This document shows positions 16,968-24,345 of a stretch of 64,000 nt of DNA, one piece after another. The notes under the pieces were generated by a model. That model was not told where the DNA came from. It searched no databases and saw nothing but the letters and a program-made list of their open reading frames with translations. The position numbers and the translations under genes were made by a program. How positions within the stretch are numbered: the first letter of the stretch is position 1; each line of letters begins with the position of its first letter. The stretch lies in sequence record PV112478.1; one strand, written 5' to 3'.

Positions 16968-17534
16968 TTATTCGTCGGCTTGTTCAACCAGAATGAATTT
17001 GCTGTCTTCGGTATTAATCGCTTTACCGCTCTCGGTAAGCAGTGACCCACGAGGAATCTTACTACCGCCACTACACGTGACGTCAAGGTTACCTGACCAG
17101 ACGTGACTATTATAAGTCGTACCAGCTTTGGTCTGGATAGTCACAACCGCGGTTTCTCCGGACGGAATGAACGGTAGGTAATCGTCCGCATTCGCAATAT
17201 CCTCAACGTCAATATAAAGACTATATTTAGCTTTGATCAGCGGTAAAAGATCAGCGATTGTCGATGCTGTTTCCGGCAAGACTAATGTAGGGCCAACCGA
17301 CGCCATCAGTTTGTTCAGTTCGATACGGGTGTAAGTAAAGGTCTTACTCCCCGTTACCGGAGAACGGCCTGTAACGAGCACGGAGACACGATCCTCTGTA
17401 CCCGGTACCGTAGAACCGGTGATGTTACCAAAGCTCAGGTAGCTGGCGTTGAGCGGCGTAGTGAGGTTATTCTGCTGACTGATCAGATCAGCAAGAATCT
17501 CGTATTTGGGACGACCGAATAAATCGACGTACAT
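16968..17534 (-). CDS. Probable virion structural protein (phiKZ-like Ig-type family) with C-terminal LLTE motif
   Basis: G.KTFTYTRIEL..L motif typical of jumbo-phage virion proteins; ends LLTESGKAINTEDSKFILVE. Confidence 0.6.
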   Translation of the reverse strand: MYVDLFGRPKYEILADLISQQNNLTTPLNASYLSFGNITGSTVPGTEDRVSVLVTGRSPVTGSKTFTYTRIELNKLMASVGPTLVLPETASTIADLLPLIKAKYSLYIDVEDIANADDYLPFIPSGETAVVTIQTKAGTTYNSHVWSGNLDVTCSGGSKIPRGSLLTESGKAINTEDSKFILVEQADE

Positions 17535-17583
17535 TGTGTATACTCCATCTTAATTTTGTAAGCTTACACAGTAATGCGTGCTA

Positions 17584-17970
17584 TCACCAAATCGGCTCGC
17601 CACGATCAATAAACCGAATTCTTTCTTTTCTACAGAGTTTTTCTAAGATATCTTTTAAGAGGTGGCGATGGCAGAAGCAGTCGTGTTTACAATAGCAGGC
17701 TAAACAGATCCGTTCCTGATTAATCAACCACAGCCACGGTTCCGGATTTTTGACAAACCGTTCACGGGTCAACCGGTAATAGATATCAATATATTCCGCT
17801 TCACTGACAATACCTTGCTTAAATGGCCAGAGTAATTCTGGAGTGGGTGCAAAGTCTTTTATTCCGCTTTTTAAGGTGGTATCGACAAAGACAATATCCA
17901 GTCCTTCCCAAACTCGCCAATCTGGTATTCTGCCTGTCCATACTTCGAGTTGCTTGAATGAACGAAACAT
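17584..17970 (-). CDS. DUF488/YeaO-like protein
   Basis: FAPTPELL..FK.G..Y and LACYC....CHRHLL motifs; start MFRSF with RBS GGAGGAG. Confidence 0.65.
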   Translation of the reverse strand: MFRSFKQLEVWTGRIPDWRVWEGLDIVFVDTTLKSGIKDFAPTPELLWPFKQGIVSEAEYIDIYYRLTRERFVKNPEPWLWLINQERICLACYCKHDCFCHRHLLKDILEKLCRKERIRFIDRGEPIW

Positions 17971-18018
17971 CTCTCCTCCGTTCAATGAAACCAAAAAAAA
18001 ACAATGAGACGATTAACC

Positions 18019-18042
18019 TGCTTAGGTCAAATGACCTAAGCA
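18019..18042. terminator. Hairpin at the end of the 18036..18557 gene
   Basis: TGCTTAGGTCA-AA-TGACCTAAGCA. Confidence 0.5.
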
Positions 18043-18557
18043 TAGAAGTTTAACCATTCCAGAAAACGCCGGCTGCGTTTTTCGATGTTCCCCTCAACTG
18101 GGTATCTTGATGCGTAATCTTCGTTGAGGGTTAGCGGATAAAACTCTGGGTCTCTCTCGGCGGCGTACATTAAATGGAGTACATAATGCCGGGTGCCATA
18201 AACGTCCAGGAAGGTCCAGAGTACATAACGTTGAAATGCGTGCTTAAACGTGTCCAGTCTCAGCTTTTTGAAGAGTCGATAAAATTCCGTGATATCAATT
18301 TTAAGTGCTTCGAGACTGGTGACCTGCACCGGGACACCGAGTTGAAGTGATAACCGGAATCCCCGGCAACGATACTCCCTCGCATTCATTCCCAGATATT
18401 CGACGATCAGTTTAGACCCGATGCGTTTATACGTTATATCCGTGGTCGCACGCGTCGTTTCACCTACACGTCTACCGAAGGTGGTGGTGTCAATTCGATA
18501 TTTTGCCAGGTCTTCTACGGCTTTCAGAAAGGACAATTTACTGACTTTGAGGCGCAT
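18036..18557 (-). CDS. Hypothetical protein
   Basis: 173-aa ORF with RBS-like AGAGAAACT spacing, in a same-strand gene run. Confidence 0.75.
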   Translation of the reverse strand: MRLKVSKLSFLKAVEDLAKYRIDTTTFGRRVGETTRATTDITYKRIGSKLIVEYLGMNAREYRCRGFRLSLQLGVPVQVTSLEALKIDITEFYRLFKKLRLDTFKHAFQRYVLWTFLDVYGTRHYVLHLMYAAERDPEFYPLTLNEDYASRYPVEGNIEKRSRRFLEWLNFYA

Positions 18558-18572
18558 AGTTTCTCTCTTCGA

Positions 18573-18605
18573 AAAATAAAAGAAAGAGAGGCCAGCGCCT
18601 CTCTT
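18573..18605. repeat. Direct repeat copy 1 (terminator hairpin with A-tract)
   Basis: AAAATAAAAGAAAGAGAGGCCAGCGCCTCTCTT, 32/33 identical to 22091-22123. Confidence 0.85.
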
Positions 18606-18610
18606 GGTAT

Positions 18611-19162
18611 TTACGCTCTGACCTGTTTCAGCCAGGCGTCGTCAAGACCCGCTTCTTTCGCGGTTTTACGATTCACGTACTCAGTCAGGTCTGGATCGTG
18701 ACGGGTCACCAGGAAATGCAGGGCACGGAGACCGGCTAACCAGAAATCGGTTTCGAGGAATTTGTATTCACACGCCGGATGCAGGACAGTGAACTCCCAG
18801 CATTCCGCTTCATCAGATTCCGTTTCCGCCACGTTACGGTATTTGATCTGACCACTGGTTGATTCCAGATAACGGTTAACAGCCTGGATTGACAATGCGT
18901 GACCTTTAGGGACATCGAAGCCCAAACCGATGAACAGTGAATGGGTCAGGGACATCTTGGAGATACGATCAACGTACTCTTCGTGTTTGGCGATGATCTC
19001 TTCTTTGCTCGGCGGGACTTCGCCGTCTTTGATGATTTCCGGGTAAGAGGAATCAACCAGCACGAAGTCTTCGTGTTTGAAATCCTTCAGGACTTCCTGT
19101 TTCATTTCGCTGTCAATAGTTGCGGCAGCAGAGATTGCTTCGTTTACAACGGTGTTTTCCAT
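18611..19162 (-). CDS. Hypothetical protein
   Basis: 183-aa acidic ORF with biased codon usage and RBS AGGTT. Confidence 0.8.
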   Translation of the reverse strand: MENTVVNEAISAAATIDSEMKQEVLKDFKHEDFVLVDSSYPEIIKDGEVPPSKEEIIAKHEEYVDRISKMSLTHSLFIGLGFDVPKGHALSIQAVNRYLESTSGQIKYRNVAETESDEAECWEFTVLHPACEYKFLETDFWLAGLRALHFLVTRHDPDLTEYVNRKTAKEAGLDDAWLKQVRA

Positions 19163-19192
19163 TTGATAATTAACCTAATTGAAAGAAAAGAA

Positions 19193-19215
19193 AAAGCGGG
19201 GAATTTCCCCGCTTT
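19193..19215 (-). terminator. Intrinsic terminator
   Basis: AAAGCGGGGA-ATT-TCCCCGCTTT followed by TTCTTTTC on the - strand. Confidence 0.85.
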
Positions 19216-19238
19216 ATTAAACTACCTGGCCGCCGAAA

Positions 19239-19700
19239 TTAATCGGACAGCTCGGAAGTTTTGGATTCGATCATACGGCGAACTGCGACGTGATCTTCGC
19301 GCTCTTTACGGCGATACGCCACGGTCACCGACGGGTCTTTCATGGTGCCGTCAGCCTTTTTACCGGTCGGCGGAGTATAGTTAACCGCAACGCCTGTTTT
19401 ACCCGTCTGGATAACGCCCCAAACGCGTTTGGTGTCGCGATGAGTTTTCAGGTGATCGATGGCTTTAGGCCCGGCGTTATGCAGCAGCGCGGTGGCGAAC
19501 AGGCTTTCGTATTCCTGAACCGCTTCGATCTTGTCTTTGATATCCGCCGGCGCGTTATCCATGAAACAGTCTACGCCTTCTTTCTGCGAGATGGTTCCAT
19601 GTTCTGAGACGAAAATGCTGTCGCCGATTTTAGCGGAAAGGTCCAGTACCTCTTTAGAAATTTCCAGTACGGTTTCTTTCTTTTCTTTTACATCTGACAT
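19239..19700 (-). CDS. Hypothetical protein (probably highly expressed)
   Basis: 153 aa, RBS GAGG, strongly biased codons, own terminator. Confidence 0.85.
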   Translation of the reverse strand: MSDVKEKKETVLEISKEVLDLSAKIGDSIFVSEHGTISQKEGVDCFMDNAPADIKDKIEAVQEYESLFATALLHNAGPKAIDHLKTHRDTKRVWGVIQTGKTGVAVNYTPPTGKKADGTMKDPSVTVAYRRKEREDHVAVRRMIESKTSELSD

Positions 19701-19837
19701 TTGTATTTCCTCAATTGAGTGTGTTTCGATGAGATTAATGAGAACTGCAGTTCTACTACTTCACTATCGACCGATGATCAGTTCGGCGCGATGGGAATTT
19801 TATCTTTAGCGCCGAGTATCTTTGAGTTTAACTCAAC

Positions 19838-20236
19838 TTACTCAGCTTCTTTCTGTCCTTGGAGTTTCCACCGTGGGATTGAAGGGTTCGTAGAAGCTTC
19901 GATATAATCTACGAGGGCCGTGTTTACGTAAAAAAGATTACGATAAACATAAACCCAATCAATCGATACGCGTCTGTACTCTTTAGCACCTTTATTAGAA
20001 ATAAGATGCCCTGTTTCGGAGATAATACACGAGATAGCTCGAGTTAATTCAAAATCGTTAATTTTGCTATCAAGTACCCGAACTGACGCTATTACTTCTT
20101 CAAGTAATTTAAGATGCGCGAACTGGCCAAAGCGTCCTTCGGGCAGAATAATAAAGTCAGCTACCCGAAGACGGAGATCAGCTACCTGGTTTATAGCTGT
20201 AATAAAATCATTTTGAACGGAATTTTCTTCAAGCAT
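19838..20236 (-). CDS. Hypothetical protein (AT-rich, early-type promoter)
   Basis: 132 aa, RBS AGGAG, TATATCAC motif upstream. Confidence 0.75.
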   Translation of the reverse strand: MLEENSVQNDFITAINQVADLRLRVADFIILPEGRFGQFAHLKLLEEVIASVRVLDSKINDFELTRAISCIISETGHLISNKGAKEYRRVSIDWVYVYRNLFYVNTALVDYIEASTNPSIPRWKLQGQKEAE

Positions 20237-20290
20237 GTCTCACTCCTTTTAATGATTGAAAGGTAGATTTCTCTACCTTATTTCAATAGA

Positions 20291-20298
20291 GTGATATA
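20291..20298 (-). promoter_or_regulatory. Early-promoter-like TATATCAC with upstream TTTAA
   Basis: The - strand reads TTTAACATCTATATCACTCTA, resembling the phiKZ early consensus TATATTAC. Confidence 0.6.
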
Positions 20299-20307
20299 GA
20301 TGTTAAA

Positions 20308-21039
20308 TTAGTTTGAAATGGCACCGAGACATTCAAACAGATAGCCGGTCATGAATTCTGCCGAGGTAGGCTTCGTGTATTGGCCGGTGCTGTTATCGGA
20401 ACGGATAATAGTTTGGTAGATGTTACCAAACGTCGTGGCGTTACTGTCGTCAAATAACACCTTAAACAGCCCCTGATGGATCGCAGCGTAAAGGTCAGTA
20501 GCTTTTACCGCTTCCGTTACAAAGTCGCTCACAAAGCTGTCTACTTCGTTATACTGATCAACAAGTAACGGGTGAGCGTTCTTCAGGAGGAAGTAAAACT
20601 CTTTCGCCAACGACGTCAGTAATTCACTCCGTTTGTCTTCATTACTGAGGTAGATTTTATACAGCTCATTACTGTAACCGGTCACCCAATTGGTGCCGAC
20701 AGTACGCGCTTCTTCGCGGAATTTCGTTTCCGGTTTCAGGTAATACCCGATCCCTTCGGTCAGGGAAAGGTAGGTCAATGCATCCGGGTTATCGATCGGC
20801 GCATTCAGATAAAGGACATTTCCTTCAACGCGATACGTTTCAACGCTCGGGTCGATGACGATTTCCACGTTTTCGAGTTGATACTTTTCACCGATAGCAT
20901 GGACGCCGTACACGAAGACTTGACCCGGGACAATCACTCCTTCGATGGTTTCCTTCACCGCCTGTGCTAAAGCAACTAGGCGTTGGGTTTCACTGGCGTT
21001 GAGACCCTTGATGCCGTTGAGCAGACTGGATGGTTGCAT
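20308..21039 (-). CDS. Hypothetical protein
   Basis: 243 aa, RBS GAGGTG. Confidence 0.85.
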   Translation of the reverse strand: MQPSSLLNGIKGLNASETQRLVALAQAVKETIEGVIVPGQVFVYGVHAIGEKYQLENVEIVIDPSVETYRVEGNVLYLNAPIDNPDALTYLSLTEGIGYYLKPETKFREEARTVGTNWVTGYSNELYKIYLSNEDKRSELLTSLAKEFYFLLKNAHPLLVDQYNEVDSFVSDFVTEAVKATDLYAAIHQGLFKVLFDDSNATTFGNIYQTIIRSDNSTGQYTKPTSAEFMTGYLFECLGAISN

Positions 21040-21110
21040 GGCTACACCTCAATAGTTTTACGTTTACATAGTAGGAACGGTAACTGTAAGGTTTGAAATG
21101 TTACAGCATA

Positions 21111-21136
21111 GAGAGGAGGGCAGACGCCCTCCTCTC
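21111..21136. terminator. Intrinsic terminator-like hairpin
   Basis: GAGAGGAGGGC-AGAC-GCCCTCCTCTC, immediately followed by TATG on the - strand. Confidence 0.8.
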
Positions 21137-21142
21137 ATCTGG

Positions 21143-21304
21143 TTAATGTCTCTGCGGTTTATTTGTCGGCGTAGGGAGTGTTACTCCTTTAAACCGGCAT
21201 TCTTTGTAAACATTCCGTAAAAAGCGTTGGCGGTCTTCTTCACGTTGTTTCTCGATTCGTTCGTCACCAGGGAATCTGGCGATATAGCAGGGGCGTTTCA
21301 CCAT
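21143..21304 (-). CDS. Small hypothetical protein (53 aa; below the ORF-track cutoff)
   Basis: MVKRPCYIARFPGDERIEKQREEDRQRFLRNVYKECRFKGVTLPTPTNKPQRH, RBS AAGGTG, ends just before the hairpin. Confidence 0.5.
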   Translation of the reverse strand: MVKRPCYIARFPGDERIEKQREEDRQRFLRNVYKECRFKGVTLPTPTNKPQRH

Positions 21305-21342
21305 AGCGTTCACCTTTTGTTCATGTGGGCTTTACCGGCCCG

Positions 21343-22020
21343 TTAGACAGTCGGGTTACTCTTGCTCGTTATCCACTGACTCGCAAGTGTTTTGAGTGAT
21401 CCGCCGCTATCGACGAAAGCACTCAAATTACTGTTGTCAGTGTAGACTACATTGCGGTCTTCGCTATTGACGGTAGCGGAGACAATGACATGGTTTCCTT
21501 TCACAAGTGCATTTTCGCTTATGATAGTACGAAGCGTGTAACCCACGATATCAATAAGATCAGACAACTGCTTATAGCGGTATTGTCCATCGTTGGTTGT
21601 GTCCTCTTCGTAGTCAGTACGTAAGGATTCGAATAAATAGTATCCTACCCACAGCGGTGCCACCGCGTAGATACTCGGGTTAAAAACGTTGTCGAGTCGG
21701 GGAAGGAGACTATAGTGGTACAAAGTCGTCACGCCGTAACCCAGATTTGCCAACGTGTTAAGAACAAATCCATCCGGGAGGGCGTTGATCTTGGCGTCAA
21801 TTCCTGGAAATTTAGTTCCCAGGTGACTGATAAGACGGGAGCGTACTTCCGTTTCTCGCATATTGATTGGCCAAGATAAAATAGGAACTTGCTTAAACGG
21901 TTTATTCTCACCTGCAAAATCCGAAGCACTCGGCGTTCTTGTCCAAGGAGTTAATAACTCAATCGACTGGATAATAGCAGGGAGCGTACTGTCGTCGTAA
22001 ATTCCAACTGAAGTGGGCAT
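21343..22020 (-). CDS. Hypothetical protein
   Basis: 225 aa, RBS GAGG, TATGA at 22079-22082. Confidence 0.85.
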   Translation of the reverse strand: MPTSVGIYDDSTLPAIIQSIELLTPWTRTPSASDFAGENKPFKQVPILSWPINMRETEVRSRLISHLGTKFPGIDAKINALPDGFVLNTLANLGYGVTTLYHYSLLPRLDNVFNPSIYAVAPLWVGYYLFESLRTDYEEDTTNDGQYRYKQLSDLIDIVGYTLRTIISENALVKGNHVIVSATVNSEDRNVVYTDNSNLSAFVDSGGSLKTLASQWITSKSNPTV

Positions 22021-22090
22021 GATAAATCCTCTCTTCGTAATAAGTGTCTCTTAAATTAAATCAGATTTTAAGTATTATCATAAAACTAAG

Positions 22091-22123
22091 AAAATAAAAG
22101 AAAGAGAGGCCAACGCCTCTCTT
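22091..22123. repeat. Direct repeat copy 2 (terminator of the protease operon)
   Basis: AAAATAAAAGAAAGAGAGGCCAACGCCTCTCTT. Confidence 0.85.
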
Positions 22124-22129
22124 TTCTAT

Positions 22130-22915
22130 TTACCAGCGTGCAACCAGACCACTTTTCCCGGAAAGTAAGGTAGCGCGATCTAAGTTACGAATCGCATCAA
22201 TCGTCCCTTTAAAACTGGACTCTACCGAAACCAGACTTTTATCTTCCGCCATACTACGAATGATTGCCGGTTGAACCGGAACCACCAACGCCGATTCGCA
22301 AGACGGCGACATATATTTGTTCGCAACAGAAAGACCCGGTTCGTTAACGAGATCCCAGGTGATGATGTTATCAACGTACTTACGTACCTTCCCGCCCACG
22401 ACTCTGTCGGTCGCCATGCTGCGAATACTGAAGGCCAGATTCTCGTCCGGGTTAGCCATGATTTTATCAAAGTCATCACGACGTGCACCGGTAGAACAGA
22501 CTTCGCCCATGATCGCGCAAATGCGCTGACCATTCGGTAACACGAAGTTCGGTACTACCCAAACTTTACGGATATGGATCGCCCAGTTCCGCTCATCAAT
22601 CGTGTGGATGCGCTGAATGAACTTACGGTAGTCAGGGTAGTCATACTCTTTTGGATGACCCCACTCACCACGCAAATACCCTTCGTTAATCCGCTTCTGG
22701 AACAAGCCGTTTGCAGCGAGGATACGTTCTACACGCTGCTGGTCATAAACTGCCCCGATACTGTTATCAAACTCTAACGCACCCAGGATAACTTCCAGGT
22801 AGTTATTATCGAGGCGTTTAATGTTACCGACCCGGTTCACTCCTTTCAGCGCCGTTACTTCAAATGACATTCCCATGATTTCACCATCGTACAATATTAG
22901 AGAAACTCGACTCAT
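22130..22915 (-). CDS. Prohead protease (phiKZ gp175/SPN3US gp245-like)
   Basis: LRGEWGHP (catalytic His), AFSIRS (catalytic Ser) and ITWDLVNEPG, the T4 gp21-type motifs. The start may be 22915 or 22876. Confidence 0.88.
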   Translation of the reverse strand: MSRVSLILYDGEIMGMSFEVTALKGVNRVGNIKRLDNNYLEVILGALEFDNSIGAVYDQQRVERILAANGLFQKRINEGYLRGEWGHPKEYDYPDYRKFIQRIHTIDERNWAIHIRKVWVVPNFVLPNGQRICAIMGEVCSTGARRDDFDKIMANPDENLAFSIRSMATDRVVGGKVRKYVDNIITWDLVNEPGLSVANKYMSPSCESALVVPVQPAIIRSMAEDKSLVSVESSFKGTIDAIRNLDRATLLSGKSGLVARW

Positions 22916-23606
22916 ACGAAAGCAGTCCCGCCTTGCGTTCCTTGGCAGCGTTGAATTCTGTCTTCGATAACGGGAACATCTCAACTTGGCTTTGGTCGAA
23001 CGGCTCTTCTTTGTACCGTTCTAGCGCAGGGAGCACCATCTGATAATACCCGCGTTTCAACGAAAAGAACGGCGAGAACTTTAAGGACGGACCCGTCACC
23101 TCAATGAGGATTCGGGTTTCAATACTTTTCTGGTAGTCGTCTTTGATCAAACGAAGTTCGTCGATAAAACACTTCCCGACGACCCGCGCTGGGTAGGGCT
23201 GGTCTTCCCGGTCGACATTCACTAACCAACGTTCTTCTGACCACTCTGCCATCGGGCAGATAGATTTCCCTGGTCGCAAAGAACCCTCTACATCAATGGC
23301 GTAGATCGTATAGCCACCGAGCCATGTGTCATCACCCGCGCAGTGGGCTTTACTGTCGAGAAAGTCCCGTAACGCGACACCGTATCCTCGCAGACAATCC
23401 ACCACAGTGATTCCGGTACAAACCCGTTTCACACTTTCATCTTCTCCCGCCATCGTCCGTTGAATTTCACGCGGAACGAAAACGTCGATCTTTGGATTAG
23501 GTGAGATATGATAAAGGACGCGGTGGTGTGTATCGACCTGTAAGGCGTTGATGGCGTGCTCTTGCTGTTTACGGACGAAAGCAGTTAACCGTTCAAATGG
23601 TGACAT
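22881..23606 (-). CDS. Head-cluster protein with a putative ADP-ribosyltransferase-like fold
   Basis: LYHIS..F.PR..ED..RVCTG.T..CL..YTIY..P..SEERW pattern; the fold is an inference. Confidence 0.5.
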   Translation of the reverse strand: MSPFERLTAFVRKQQEHAINALQVDTHHRVLYHISPNPKIDVFVPREIQRTMAGEDESVKRVCTGITVVDCLRGYGVALRDFLDSKAHCAGDDTWLGGYTIYAIDVEGSLRPGKSICPMAEWSEERWLVNVDREDQPYPARVVGKCFIDELRLIKDDYQKSIETRILIEVTGPSLKFSPFFSLKRGYYQMVLPALERYKEEPFDQSQVEMFPLSKTEFNAAKERKAGLLSYESSFSNIVRW

Positions 23607-23608
23607 AC

Positions 23609-24334
23609 TTACGCCCTCAAGAGTCGTTCAATCGGCTGCGTGACTTCGTTAGGGTTCACAATCGCCGAATCCAAGCCATCACCAGTGTAGCTTCCTGAGA
23701 TCTTCGCCGTGGTATCGGACGAACCATCAATTACGTTACGTAACGGAATCCACGTGAACGGCGTTGTTTTGAGTTCGTTGTAGCTGAAGAGTTTCTCACG
23801 AAGTGGGACTTTACGGTCATGCGATAAACGCGCAATCTGTGCGATAATCATCTCGCCGATGGTCGGGGTCGCTACCAGTTGCGTTCCGGTGTATTTTTTC
23901 GTTTCTTCAAAGAACCCGCTGAGCGAGATATAGTTGTAGAAGAATGGGATTCTTCCTCGGGCCAGAATCTCTTCAAACAGGTAATAAAGAAGGGTGTTGT
24001 CTTTGACCAGGTTCAAGTTTTTGATCACGGTGCTACCAGGAGTAAAATGGAAGTCGTAATAGCTCCGACCTTGGTACTCTAACTGACGAATTTCAGCCGG
24101 GGCGATTTCCATCATACTGGGTGTGGTTGAAACTGCGTATTCACCCGCTTCGTTACAGATCGCAAAGAAGCCGATGATCATAATACGCTTACCCATACTG
24201 ATCAATTGTTTTGCGCGAAAGGACTCTTGGATCACAATCCGGCAGCCGGTCGTAGTGACCAGACTGCCGTTTGGGAGTTCACGTAACGTCGCTTTCATCG
24301 CATCAGGTTTATGTTTCCACTGAGCGATATCCAC
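23609..24334 (-). CDS. Small virion RNA polymerase subunit (phiKZ gp176/SPN3US gp244-like)
   Basis: Size and synteny between the protease and beta-N; C-terminal S.TTAKISGSY..GL..A motif resembles the beta' C-terminal region. Confidence 0.7.
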   Translation of the reverse strand: MDIAQWKHKPDAMKATLRELPNGSLVTTTGCRIVIQESFRAKQLISMGKRIMIIGFFAICNEAGEYAVSTTPSMMEIAPAEIRQLEYQGRSYYDFHFTPGSTVIKNLNLVKDNTLLYYLFEEILARGRIPFFYNYISLSGFFEETKKYTGTQLVATPTIGEMIIAQIARLSHDRKVPLREKLFSYNELKTTPFTWIPLRNVIDGSSDTTAKISGSYTGDGLDSAIVNPNEVTQPIERLLRA

Positions 24335-24345
24335 ACTCGACTCCT

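Noticed and set aside
18430-18500. TTTFGRRVGET in 18036..18557 as a Walker A motif
   Set aside because: It lacks the GK(S/T) lysine and no Walker B is seen.
18941-19907. + strand ORFs 18941, 19290, 19531 and 19719
   Set aside because: They overlap well-supported - strand genes and their terminator.
22130-22984. ORF-track start for the protease at 22984
   Set aside because: It gives a long overlap with the upstream gene and lacks an RBS; 22915 or 22876 fits better.
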